In this document: one piece after another, positions 1-6,939 of the stretch
Position numbering within the stretch: the first letter of the stretch is position 1
How the letters are laid out: each line of letters starts with the position of its first letter
Assembly (NCBI GenBank): GCA_021811025.1
Contig: JAJZPX010000001.1
Coordinates: 1 to 26,991, forward strand
Origin: Actinomycetes bacterium
GTDB taxonomy: Bacteria > Actinomycetota > Coriobacteriia > Anaerosomatales > JAJZPX01
DNA length: 26,991 bases
Reading direction: 5' to 3'
Translations under genes and position numbers: made by a program
The notes under the pieces: generated by a model
Database searches by the model: none
What the model was told of the DNA's origin: nothing
The model's input: the letters and a program-made list of their open reading frames with translations, nothing else

Positions 1-2
1 TG

Positions 3-1232
3 CCGTGTGATTCCATCATCGACGCCGAGGCGAGGCAGCGCGCCACGTCCGTCTACCTCGTGGATCGCGTGCTGCCGATGCTGCCCGAGAGGCTCAGCAA
101 CGGCACGTGCTCGCTGAAGCCGCAGGTCGACCGCTTCTCGTTCACCGTGATGATGGACGTCGATCGAACCGGGCTTGTCGAGCGCTACCGCCTGTTCCCC
201 TCACTGATGCGCTCGGACCGGCGCCTCACATACGACGAGGTCGACGAGTGGCTCGCTACCGATGCCGGCTTCCCGGACGAGGAGTGCGAGCGGCTGCTGA
301 AGGAGTTCCGCGACTGCGCCGCGGCGATCCAGAAGCGCCGCATCGCGCGAGGCGGGCTGGACTTCGAGACCGTCGAGCCGAAGGTGCGCCTCGACGCCGA
401 GGGGCACCCCATCGATGTGGTGATCAGGCAGCGCACGGTGGCGACGAACATGATCGAGGAGGCGATGATCGCCGCGAACGAGGCGGTCGCGCGCCACATG
501 GTCGAGGTGACCGCGCCGATGGTGTTCCGCATCCACGAGGAGCCGGATCCGGACGCGCTCGCGCAGGTCGCGGTTGTCCTGAAGGAGTTCGACTACCCGA
601 TCAAGGATGTGCACGGGGCCTCGCCCATCACCTTCCAGAAGATCATCCGCTTCGCGCACGGCCGTCCCGAGAAGCTGCTCATCAACTCGCTGGTGCTCCG
701 CACGCTCAAGCGCGCCCGCTACACCGACCACCTCGACATCCACTTCGGCCTGGCGAGCGAGGCGTACTGCCACTTCACGAGCCCTATCCGCCGCTACCCG
801 GACCTCGTCGTCCACCGTCTGCTGCGCGCGCAGCTCACGCGCACGCTCGACCGGCCTCCCACGGCGGACATGGTGCCGGAGCTCGAATGGCTCGCCGAGC
901 ACGGCTCGCTGATGGAGCGCGAGGCCGAGTCGGCCGAGAACGAGAGCGTGAACGCGAAGCTGTGCGAGCTCATGGCGGAGCACGTCGGCGAGGTCTTCGA
1001 CGGCATCATCACCAACGTCGCGACGTTCGGGATTTTCGTGCAGCTGCCGAACACGGCCGAGGGGCTCGTGCACGTCAACACGATGACGGATGATTACTAC
1101 CGCTACGACGCCGAGCGCTTCATGCTCTACGGCGAGAACAAGGGCCGCGTCTACCGCCTCGGCGAGGCGCTGCGCGTGCGCGTGACGGACGTCGTGGTGG
1201 GCGACCGGCGCATCGACCTCGAGATCGCGTAG
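3..1232 (+). CDS. rnr: Ribonuclease R (RNB catalytic domain + C-terminal S1 domain), 5'-truncated by the window edge
   Basis: The frame is open from base 3 (PCDSIIDAEARQRATSVYLVDRVLPMLPERLSNGTCSL). It carries RNB motifs MIEEAMIAANEAVA, FRIHEEP and HFTSPIRRYPDLVVHR, then an S1 domain (FDGIITNVATFGIFVQL...EGLVHV). Confidence 0.95.
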   Translation, partial: PCDSIIDAEARQRATSVYLVDRVLPMLPERLSNGTCSLKPQVDRFSFTVMMDVDRTGLVERYRLFPSLMRSDRRLTYDEVDEWLATDAGFPDEECERLLKEFRDCAAAIQKRRIARGGLDFETVEPKVRLDAEGHPIDVVIRQRTVATNMIEEAMIAANEAVARHMVEVTAPMVFRIHEEPDPDALAQVAVVLKEFDYPIKDVHGASPITFQKIIRFAHGRPEKLLINSLVLRTLKRARYTDHLDIHFGLASEAYCHFTSPIRRYPDLVVHRLLRAQLTRTLDRPPTADMVPELEWLAEHGSLMEREAESAENESVNAKLCELMAEHVGEVFDGIITNVATFGIFVQLPNTAEGLVHVNTMTDDYYRYDAERFMLYGENKGRVYRLGEALRVRVTDVVVGDRRIDLEIA

Positions 1233-1300
1233 CGAAGGCTCCGCCGCCGGTTGGGGTAGACTGGCAGGGAGGTAAAACCGCACGTGGGGAGGCGCGTCCT

Positions 1301-2362
1301 ATGCGTTCGCAATCGCTCGACTTCCTGTCGAAGCTGCTCGCGGCCCCGTCACCGTCCGGCTACGAGCAGCCGGCGGCGGCGGTGTACCGCGACTACGTGT
1401 CGAAGTACGCCGACGACGTCTCGACCGACGTCATGGGGTCGGTCTCGGCGAAGCTCGCGGGCAAGGGCGGCGGGCCGTCCGTCATGCTGGCCGGCCACAT
1501 CGACGAGGTCGGCTTCATGGTCAACTACATCACGCCCGAGGGATTCATCGCGTTCAAGCCGATCGGAGGGCTCGACGCGCACATCCTGCCCGGCAAGCGC
1601 GTGAAGGTGCACGCGGCCGGCGGCCCGCTGCTCGGCGTGATCGGCCGCATGCCCGTCCACCTTCTCGAGGAGGAGGAGCGCAAGCAGGTCGTGAAGATGA
1701 GCAAGCTCTTCGTCGACCTCGGCATGGACGGCGACGAGGTGCGCAAGCAGGTCAGGATCGGCGACCCCGTCACGTTTGCCGTGGGCTTCGAGCGCTTCGG
1801 CAAGGACATGGGAGTCTCGCGCGCGTTCGACGACAAGATGGGCGCGTGGGCCGCGGCCGAGGTGCTGCGGCTCGTGAAAGAGGCGGGCGGCGCCGCCGGT
1901 GACCTGTTCGCCGTGGCGACGGTGCAGGAGGAGGTCGGGCTGCGCGGCGGCGAGACCTCGGCGTACAGCGTCGACCCCGACGTCGGGATCGCGATCGAGG
2001 TCGGGCACGCGACGGACTACCCGGACGTCGACAAGCGCAAGCACGGCGAGGCGAAGTGCGGCGGCGGTCCGATCATCGCTCGCGGGCCGAACATCAACCC
2101 CAAGCTGTTCGAGCTGCTCACGGCGGCGGCCGACGCCGAGAAGATCGCGTACCAGATCGGGCCCGAGCCGCGCGGCACCGGCACCGACGCGAACGCCATC
2201 CAGCTGTCGCGCGGCGGCAAGGCGGCGGCGCTCGTGAGCGTCCCTCTGCGCTACATGCACACGCCGTCCGAGGTGCTGTCGCTCAAGGACCTCGAGAACA
2301 CCGCGAAGCTGCTGGCGGCGTTCGTGAAGCGCCTCGAGCCCGGGACGGACTTCACGCCGTAG
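1301..2362 (+). CDS. M42 family metallopeptidase (TET/glutamyl-aminopeptidase-like)
   Basis: Motifs SPSGYE, GHIDEVG, RAFDDKMG, VQEEVGLRG, GTGTDA and RYMHTPSE. GGGAGG Shine-Dalgarno 8 nt upstream of the ATG. Confidence 0.92.
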   Translation: MRSQSLDFLSKLLAAPSPSGYEQPAAAVYRDYVSKYADDVSTDVMGSVSAKLAGKGGGPSVMLAGHIDEVGFMVNYITPEGFIAFKPIGGLDAHILPGKRVKVHAAGGPLLGVIGRMPVHLLEEEERKQVVKMSKLFVDLGMDGDEVRKQVRIGDPVTFAVGFERFGKDMGVSRAFDDKMGAWAAAEVLRLVKEAGGAAGDLFAVATVQEEVGLRGGETSAYSVDPDVGIAIEVGHATDYPDVDKRKHGEAKCGGGPIIARGPNINPKLFELLTAAADAEKIAYQIGPEPRGTGTDANAIQLSRGGKAAALVSVPLRYMHTPSEVLSLKDLENTAKLLAAFVKRLEPGTDFTP

Positions 2363-2365
2363 GCG

Positions 2366-3106
2366 TCAGCTCGCCGGCGGCGGCAGGCCGACCCTCGCGC
2401 GCACCTTCTCGCTCGTGAGCTCTCGCAGCGCGTCCTTCGCGACCCAGCGCGCAGCGCGGTCCTCGGCCGTCCCTCCGCGCGCGTCCGGCCCGCCGTGCGC
2501 CGCGAGCATGCGCTCCGCGGACTCGACCGCCGCGGCGTTGAGCGCCGCATTTCGCTTCCCGATGTTGCGCAGCGCCCAGTTCACGGCCTTCTTCACGAAG
2601 TTGCGCGGGTCGGTCGCCTCGCGCTCGATGAGAGGGAAGAAGGGCGCGAAGGCCTCGTCCGGCGCGATCTTGTCGTGCCACGCGAGACCCGCCATTATCG
2701 CGAAGCCTCCTCGCTTGACCCACTCGTCGTCGCGCTCCGCCCACTCGGCAGCCTTGTCCCAGGCGGGAGGAGCGCGATAGAAGAGGTCGGTGCACGCCTG
2801 GTCGCACAGGTCCCACGAGTCGAAGTCGGCAGCCCACGCCTCCATCTGCTCGGACGTCACGCACGCCGGGTCGTCGACGAACGCCGCGAGCAGCCGCGCC
2901 TCGTGCTGGCCGGTCGCCCAGAGCGCGGTGGCGAGCGCGTGATCTCGCCTGTAGGGCTTCGCCAGCGCGCGCAGGTCGTAGACGCTCACGCCGGCGGCGT
3001 TCTCCACGTTGATGCCGTAGCGGGCCATCCCGGCGCGACTCTCCTCGCTTCCCATCTCGAGAATGCGGGCAAGTAGCTCGTCGCACACGGTTCGCGCGTC
3101 GTCCAC
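2366..3106 (-). CDS. DNA alkylation repair protein (AlkD-like HEAT-repeat family)
   Basis: Family-typical segments [50 protein letters not shown] and [18 protein letters not shown] 6 nt before the GTG. Confidence 0.85.
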   Translation of the reverse strand: MDDARTVCDELLARILEMGSEESRAGMARYGINVENAAGVSVYDLRALAKPYRRDHALATALWATGQHEARLLAAFVDDPACVTSEQMEAWAADFDSWDLCDQACTDLFYRAPPAWDKAAEWAERDDEWVKRGGFAIMAGLAWHDKIAPDEAFAPFFPLIEREATDPRNFVKKAVNWALRNIGKRNAALNAAAVESAERMLAAHGGPDARGGTAEDRAARWVAKDALRELTSEKVRARVGLPPPAS

Positions 3107-3131
3107 TTCGGCCTCCCGTTCCCGCGGTCAC

Positions 3132-3140
3132 TGGTACAAT
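3132..3140 (+). promoter_or_regulatory. Extended -10 promoter element (TGG-TACAAT) for smpB
   Basis: TGnTACAAT ends 26 nt upstream of the smpB ATG, with a GGAG SD in between. Confidence 0.6.
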
Positions 3141-3166
3141 CTCACGGCGAACCCCTGGAGACGTCA

Positions 3167-3634
3167 ATGCCGCGCGACACCAAGCTGATAGCGACCAACA
3201 AGAAGGCGTACCACGACTACTTCGTGGACGAGACCTTCGAGACGGGCATCGCGCTGACGGGCACGGAGGTGAAGTCGCTGCGTGAGAACGGCGCGTCGCT
3301 GCGCGACAGCTTCGCGTCGGTGCGCAAGGGCGAGGTGTGGCTGAACAACGTCCACATCTCGCCGTACAGCCACGGCAACCGCAGCAACGTCGACCCCGAC
3401 CGGCCGAGGAAGCTGCTGCTGCACAAGAAGGAGATCCGCTACCTCGTCGGCAAGACGAAGGAGCGCGGGTACACGCTCGTGCCGCTCAAGCTGTACTTCA
3501 GCGGGGGCAACCTCGTGAAGGTCGAGCTCGGGCTGGCGCGAGGCAAGAAGCTCTACGACAAGCGCGAGGCCATTGCCGAGAGGGATCAGAAGCGCGAGGT
3601 CGAGCGCGCGCTGCGCGAGCGCGCCAAGGAGTAG
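3167..3634 (+). CDS. smpB: SsrA-binding protein SmpB
   Basis: Motifs [41 protein letters not shown] and [16 protein letters not shown]. The ssrA gene is nearby. Confidence 0.98.
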   Translation: MPRDTKLIATNKKAYHDYFVDETFETGIALTGTEVKSLRENGASLRDSFASVRKGEVWLNNVHISPYSHGNRSNVDPDRPRKLLLHKKEIRYLVGKTKERGYTLVPLKLYFSGGNLVKVELGLARGKKLYDKREAIAERDQKREVERALRERAKE

Positions 3635-3649
3635 CGCGTCCGGCGGCGC

Positions 3650-4015
3650 CTACCACCGCCAGGCGAGGTAGTCCACGATCGCCTGCTGCTCCGGCACCGT
3701 GAGCTCGGCGCCGTTGCGCACCATCTGGCCCACCTCACCGCGCCAGCCGCGCCAGTCGAGGTCGGTCCGAGTGATGCGATCCATGGAGTGGCAGCCGGTG
3801 CACTTGCGCTGCACGAGCGATGCGTCGATCTCGTTCGCTCGCGGGGGAGCCGGCGGCCTGCGCGAGTGCCGGAGGCGCGCCGGAGGCAGGGAGTTGATGG
3901 TCGCGACGGAGGACGGGTCCGGCCGCGGGGGTGGGATCACCCTGCACCCCGCCACTGTCGTCGCGGACAAGGCGAGAGCGAGCGCGCATGCCGTCCTCGC
4001 GCGGGCAGTCCGCAT
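3650..4015 (-). CDS. Small lipoprotein monoheme cytochrome c (121 aa)
   Basis: ATG at 4015 with GGGAGG 7 nt upstream. Basic N-terminus, hydrophobic stretch and lipobox (VAGC), a Pro-rich linker, one CxxCH (CTGCH), then W...V..M...GA.L...IVDYL with a distal Met candidate. Confidence 0.75.
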   Translation of the reverse strand: MRTARARTACALALALSATTVAGCRVIPPPRPDPSSVATINSLPPARLRHSRRPPAPPRANEIDASLVQRKCTGCHSMDRITRTDLDWRGWRGEVGQMVRNGAELTVPEQQAIVDYLAWRW

Positions 4016-4104
4016 CGTCGAGCCTCCCGTCTCCCGACGCGCAGGCAGCGTGTGTACCCGCGGCATGCGGATTGCTCCGGGTGTACGGGCCGACGAGCGG
4101 GGGG

Positions 4105-4110
4105 TATCAT
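4105..4110 (+). promoter_or_regulatory. Candidate -10 element (TATCAT) for ssrA
   Basis: The best TAnnnT hexamer in the GC-rich intergenic region, about 70 nt upstream of the mature tmRNA 5' end. No well-spaced -35 seen. Confidence 0.3.
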
Positions 4111-4181
4111 GAATGCCCGCTCGAATGGGCGCACGTTGACAGCGCGCATACGTCTCAAGCGACGTGTCGCGTCTCCACTAC

Positions 4182-4542
4182 GGGGGCGACTGGATTCGAC
4201 ACGGCAGTCTTGAGGGGAGAAGCAGGCCGAGGTCTCCTCGCCTCGTTAAACAGGGGTAAAGACGCTCAAGCGTCGACAACGATCTTGCTCTCGCTGCCTA
4301 GCCCTAGCTAGCTCCAGCGACGCGCCCGGCCCATGAGAGGGCCCGATAGCCGGTAGCGCGCCATCCAGGGCTCTACCAAGCGGCTGACGACGGTATGCCG
4401 CGAGGGAACGCGAACCCGTCATGGCGCCAGGACGCTTGCCGCGACGTTGTCCTGACCGCCGAGACTCACGTCGCGGCTGAGCCTGGAGATGCTCCCCAGG
4501 GGGTTGTCGTGGACCGGAGTTCGATTCTCCGCGCCTCCACCA
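4182..4542 (+). ncRNA. ssrA: Transfer-messenger RNA (tmRNA), 361 nt, tag ending ...DNDLALAA
   Basis: The 5' GGGGGCG-ACTGGATTCGAC pairs with 3' CGCCTCC-A-CCA, including the G3:U alanine identity pair. T arm CGGAG-TTCGATT-CTCCG. Internal tag frame 4272-4301 ends GCT CTC GCT GCC TAG with a second in-frame TAG. smpB lies upstream. Confidence 0.96.
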
Positions 4543-4551
4543 GAAACGAAC

Positions 4552-4582
4552 CGGCCCCGGCAGCGGCAAGCTGCCGGGGCCG
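4552..4582 (+). terminator. Stem-loop terminator downstream of ssrA
   Basis: Perfect 13-bp inverted repeat CGGCCCCGGCAGC-ggcaa-GCTGCCGGGGCCG, 10 nt after the CCA end. The U-tail is weak (tctgctatctt). Confidence 0.75.
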
Positions 4583-4584
4583 TC

Positions 4585-4593
4585 TGCTATCTT
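4585..4593 (+). promoter_or_regulatory. Extended -10 (TGC-TATCTT), probable leaderless promoter for 4601..4972
   Basis: TGnTAnnnT ends 7 nt before the GTG at 4601, and there is no SD. Confidence 0.5.
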
Positions 4594-4600
4594 CGGTTCC

Positions 4601-4972
4601 GTGGCGAAGAAGGCGACCCGATACGGCATGCCGGCCGAGGAATGGCGGCTGGTGTGCGAGCGCGCGCGCGAGTTCGTGATCGCCTGCGCGCGGCAACGGC
4701 GGACGACGACGTACGGCGAGCTCTCCGACGTCCTCGCGCCCGCGCCCGTCCCGCCGTACGGGTACGCGATGACCGCGCTGCTGAACGAGATCGGCGCGCC
4801 CGAGGACTTGGCGCGGGGGGTGGTGCTGGCATCGCTCGTGTGCACGAAGGCGACGGGCGTGCCGGGCGAGGGGTACTTCGCGTCGTCGAGGACGTCGCCG
4901 GGCGGCGAGCCTGACCGTCGCGCGTCGTGGGAGGCCGACGTGGAGAGGGTGTTCGCGGCGTTCGCCGAGTGA
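4601..4972 (+). CDS. Hypothetical protein (123 aa), possible small winged-helix-like domain
   Basis: Non-overlapping ORF with non-shadow composition and a promoter at leaderless spacing. The motifs TTTYGEL and LASLVCTKATGVPGEGYF resemble an uncharacterised family as I recall it; not verified. Confidence 0.7.
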   Translation: MAKKATRYGMPAEEWRLVCERAREFVIACARQRRTTTYGELSDVLAPAPVPPYGYAMTALLNEIGAPEDLARGVVLASLVCTKATGVPGEGYFASSRTSPGGEPDRRASWEADVERVFAAFAE

Positions 4973-5005
4973 GGGTCGCGGTTGGCCGGGCCGCGGGGGT
5001 GGCTG

Positions 5006-5014
5006 TGGTATGGT
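5006..5014 (+). promoter_or_regulatory. Extended -10 (TGG-TATGGT) for dedA
   Basis: TGnTAnnnT ends 35 nt upstream of the ATG at 5050, with a GGGAGAG SD in between. Confidence 0.45.
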
Positions 5015-5049
5015 TGCTTGCGGTCTTGAGGGCTCAGCGCGGGAGAGAC

Positions 5050-5706
5050 ATGGAGATTCTGACCCAACTGATCGGGTTCGTCCTGCACATAGACGTCCAC
5101 CTGCGCGAGTTCGTGGCCCACTACGGCGTGTGGACCTACGCGCTCCTCTTCGTCGTCATCTTCTGCGAGACGGGGCTCGTGGTGACGCCGTTCCTGCCGG
5201 GGGACTCGCTGCTGTTCGCGGCCGCCGCACTCGCTGCGAGCAGCTCGCTCAACGTGTGGGTGCTGTGGCTGCTGCTCATCGGCGCGGCCATCCTCGGCGA
5301 CGCATGCAACTACCTGGTCGGGCACAAGCTCGGCCCGGCGGTGCTCAAGCGCGAGGATTCGCGCGTCTTCAAGAAGGAGTACCTCGACAAGACCCACGCG
5401 TTCTACGAGCGTTACGGTGGTTCGACCATCATCATCGCTCGCTTCGTCCCGATCGTTCGGACGTTCGCGCCCTTCCTCGCGGGCGTCGGCGCGATGACCT
5501 ACCGGCACTTCGCGGCGTACAACGTCGCCGGCGGCATCGCGTGGGTCTCGCTCTTCATCTGGGGCGGCTACCTCTTCGGCAACACCGAGATCGTGAAGAA
5601 CAACTTCACGCTCGTGATCGCCGCGATCATCCTGATCTCCCTGCTGCCCGCGATCGTCGAGTTCGTGCGCGCACGCCTGTCGGGCATCGCCTCCGACGAG
5701 GTCTGA
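5050..5706 (+). CDS. dedA: DedA family membrane protein (218 aa)
   Basis: IFCETGLVVTPFLPGDSLLF, LGDACNY, FYERYGG and ARFVPIVRTFAPFLAG are DedA signature motifs. ATG 5050 follows a GGGAGAG SD. Confidence 0.95.
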   Translation: MEILTQLIGFVLHIDVHLREFVAHYGVWTYALLFVVIFCETGLVVTPFLPGDSLLFAAAALAASSSLNVWVLWLLLIGAAILGDACNYLVGHKLGPAVLKREDSRVFKKEYLDKTHAFYERYGGSTIIIARFVPIVRTFAPFLAGVGAMTYRHFAAYNVAGGIAWVSLFIWGGYLFGNTEIVKNNFTLVIAAIILISLLPAIVEFVRARLSGIASDEV

Positions 5707-5733
5707 TCCCCCGCGCCGCCCGAGGCTTACCCG

Positions 5734-6939
5734 CTAGCAGGTGAGATCGCACATCAGGTCGAGGTAGTCGCTCATGAGCCGCGTCATCAGGAACTTCTCG
5801 CGCACCGTCTCCTTGCCGTTGCGCCCGAGCTCGGCTGCCCAATCGGGGTCGCGAAGCGCGCGAAGGATGGCCTCGGCGAAGGCGTCATCGTCCCCGGGAT
5901 CCACGAGCAAGCCGTTCACGCCGTCGGTGATCTGCAGCGGGATGCCGCCCACGCGCGTCGAGACGACGGGCTTCCCCTTCCACAGCCCTTCCGTCACCGT
6001 GAGCCCGAAGCCCTCACGCAGCGACTTCTGCAGGAGCACGGTGGCCGAGCGCTGCAGCGCGTTCACCAGCACGTTGCTCTCGAACTGGATGAGGATCAGG
6101 TCGCCGGACTCGAGATGGGGGCGCGCCTCCTCCTCGACATGCTTGTAGATGACCTCGCCCTCGGGATCGTCGGCCGCCATCGAGCCGCACAGCACCAGCC
6201 GGCAGTCGACCTCCTGCTTCACCTTCATGAACGCTCGCACGACGCCGAGCGGGTCCTTCCACTTGTCGAACCTCGAGATCTGCACGAGCAGGGGCTTGTC
6301 CGTCCCGACCCCGAACCGGTCGAGGTTCTTGCGCACGAGCATCGGCGCCAGGTCCATGTTCTTCGCCGAGAGCGGGTCGATGGCCGGAGGGAAGACCCTC
6401 TGTTCGATCGGGAGGTCCTTCCGGTACGACTCGTTGCTGATGATCATCGCGTCGTAGCGGATGATGAACTCGGCGAGGAAGTCCCAGAGCTCCGCGTTCG
6501 GGTGCGTGATGTCGATATGGCACCGCCACACCCACGGCTGCTTCTTCTTGTAGAACTTCACGAGAGGAAGCGGCTGCGGGTCGTGCACCACCACGCACTC
6601 GTGCATGATGTGCGTGTACGTCGCGAAGTCCTCGTTCTGCGTGACGTACAGGTGCTTCTTGACCTCCGTCAGGTTCACGTCCTCGCCCTGCAGGCCGTTG
6701 TGGAACTTCTTCGTCGTGTTGAAGAAGTCCGCGTTCCCCGCGAGCACGCGCCAGCCGGTGTCGATGCCGGTGTTGTTCATGAGCGGGATGAGCGACTGCA
6801 GCATCTCTGCGACGCCGCCGCCGGCATAGGTGGAGTTGATGTGCACGTAGTGCTTCGGATAGAGCTTCCTCGCGCGGCGATGAATGTCCGCGTACACGTC
6901 GTTTCCGACGATCGGCCGGTAGTCCTCGAGGCTATGCAT
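5734..6939 (-). CDS. treT: TreT-like trehalose synthase (GT4 glycosyltransferase)
   Basis: Motifs LEDYRPIVG, HINSTYAGGGVAEML, FFNTTKKFHNGLQG, HDPQPLPL, WRCHID, SRFDKWKDP and EGFGLTVTEGLWKGKPVV. The start overlaps the TPS-TPP stop by 8 nt. Confidence 0.88.
   Translation of the reverse strand: MHSLEDYRPIVGNDVYADIHRRARKLYPKHYVHINSTYAGGGVAEMLQSLIPLMNNTGIDTGWRVLAGNADFFNTTKKFHNGLQGEDVNLTEVKKHLYVTQNEDFATYTHIMHECVVVHDPQPLPLVKFYKKKQPWVWRCHIDITHPNAELWDFLAEFIIRYDAMIISNESYRKDLPIEQRVFPPAIDPLSAKNMDLAPMLVRKNLDRFGVGTDKPLLVQISRFDKWKDPLGVVRAFMKVKQEVDCRLVLCGSMAADDPEGEVIYKHVEEEARPHLESGDLILIQFESNVLVNALQRSATVLLQKSLREGFGLTVTEGLWKGKPVVSTRVGGIPLQITDGVNGLLVDPGDDDAFAEAILRALRDPDWAAELGRNGKETVREKFLMTRLMSDYLDLMCDLTC

Noticed and set aside
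4136-4141. Perfect TTGACA as the -35 of ssrA
   Set aside because: No TAnnnT hexamer lies 16-18 nt downstream (that position reads GCGACG).
4511-4542. tRNA gene
   Set aside because: The T arm, acceptor strand and CCA belong to the tRNA-like domain of tmRNA. The matching 5' strand is 360 nt upstream and there is no anticodon arm.
4601-4972. MGMT/ATL alkyltransferase-like call based on TYGEL
   Set aside because: It lacks the RAVG helix and the PCHRV/PWHRV motif.
4500-5050. Prophage or genomic island integrated at the ssrA 3' end
   Set aside because: No integrase follows ssrA, and I did not see a repeat of the ssrA 3' end (…TTCGATTCTCCGCGCCTCCACCA) elsewhere in the window. The downstream genes look like ordinary chromosome.
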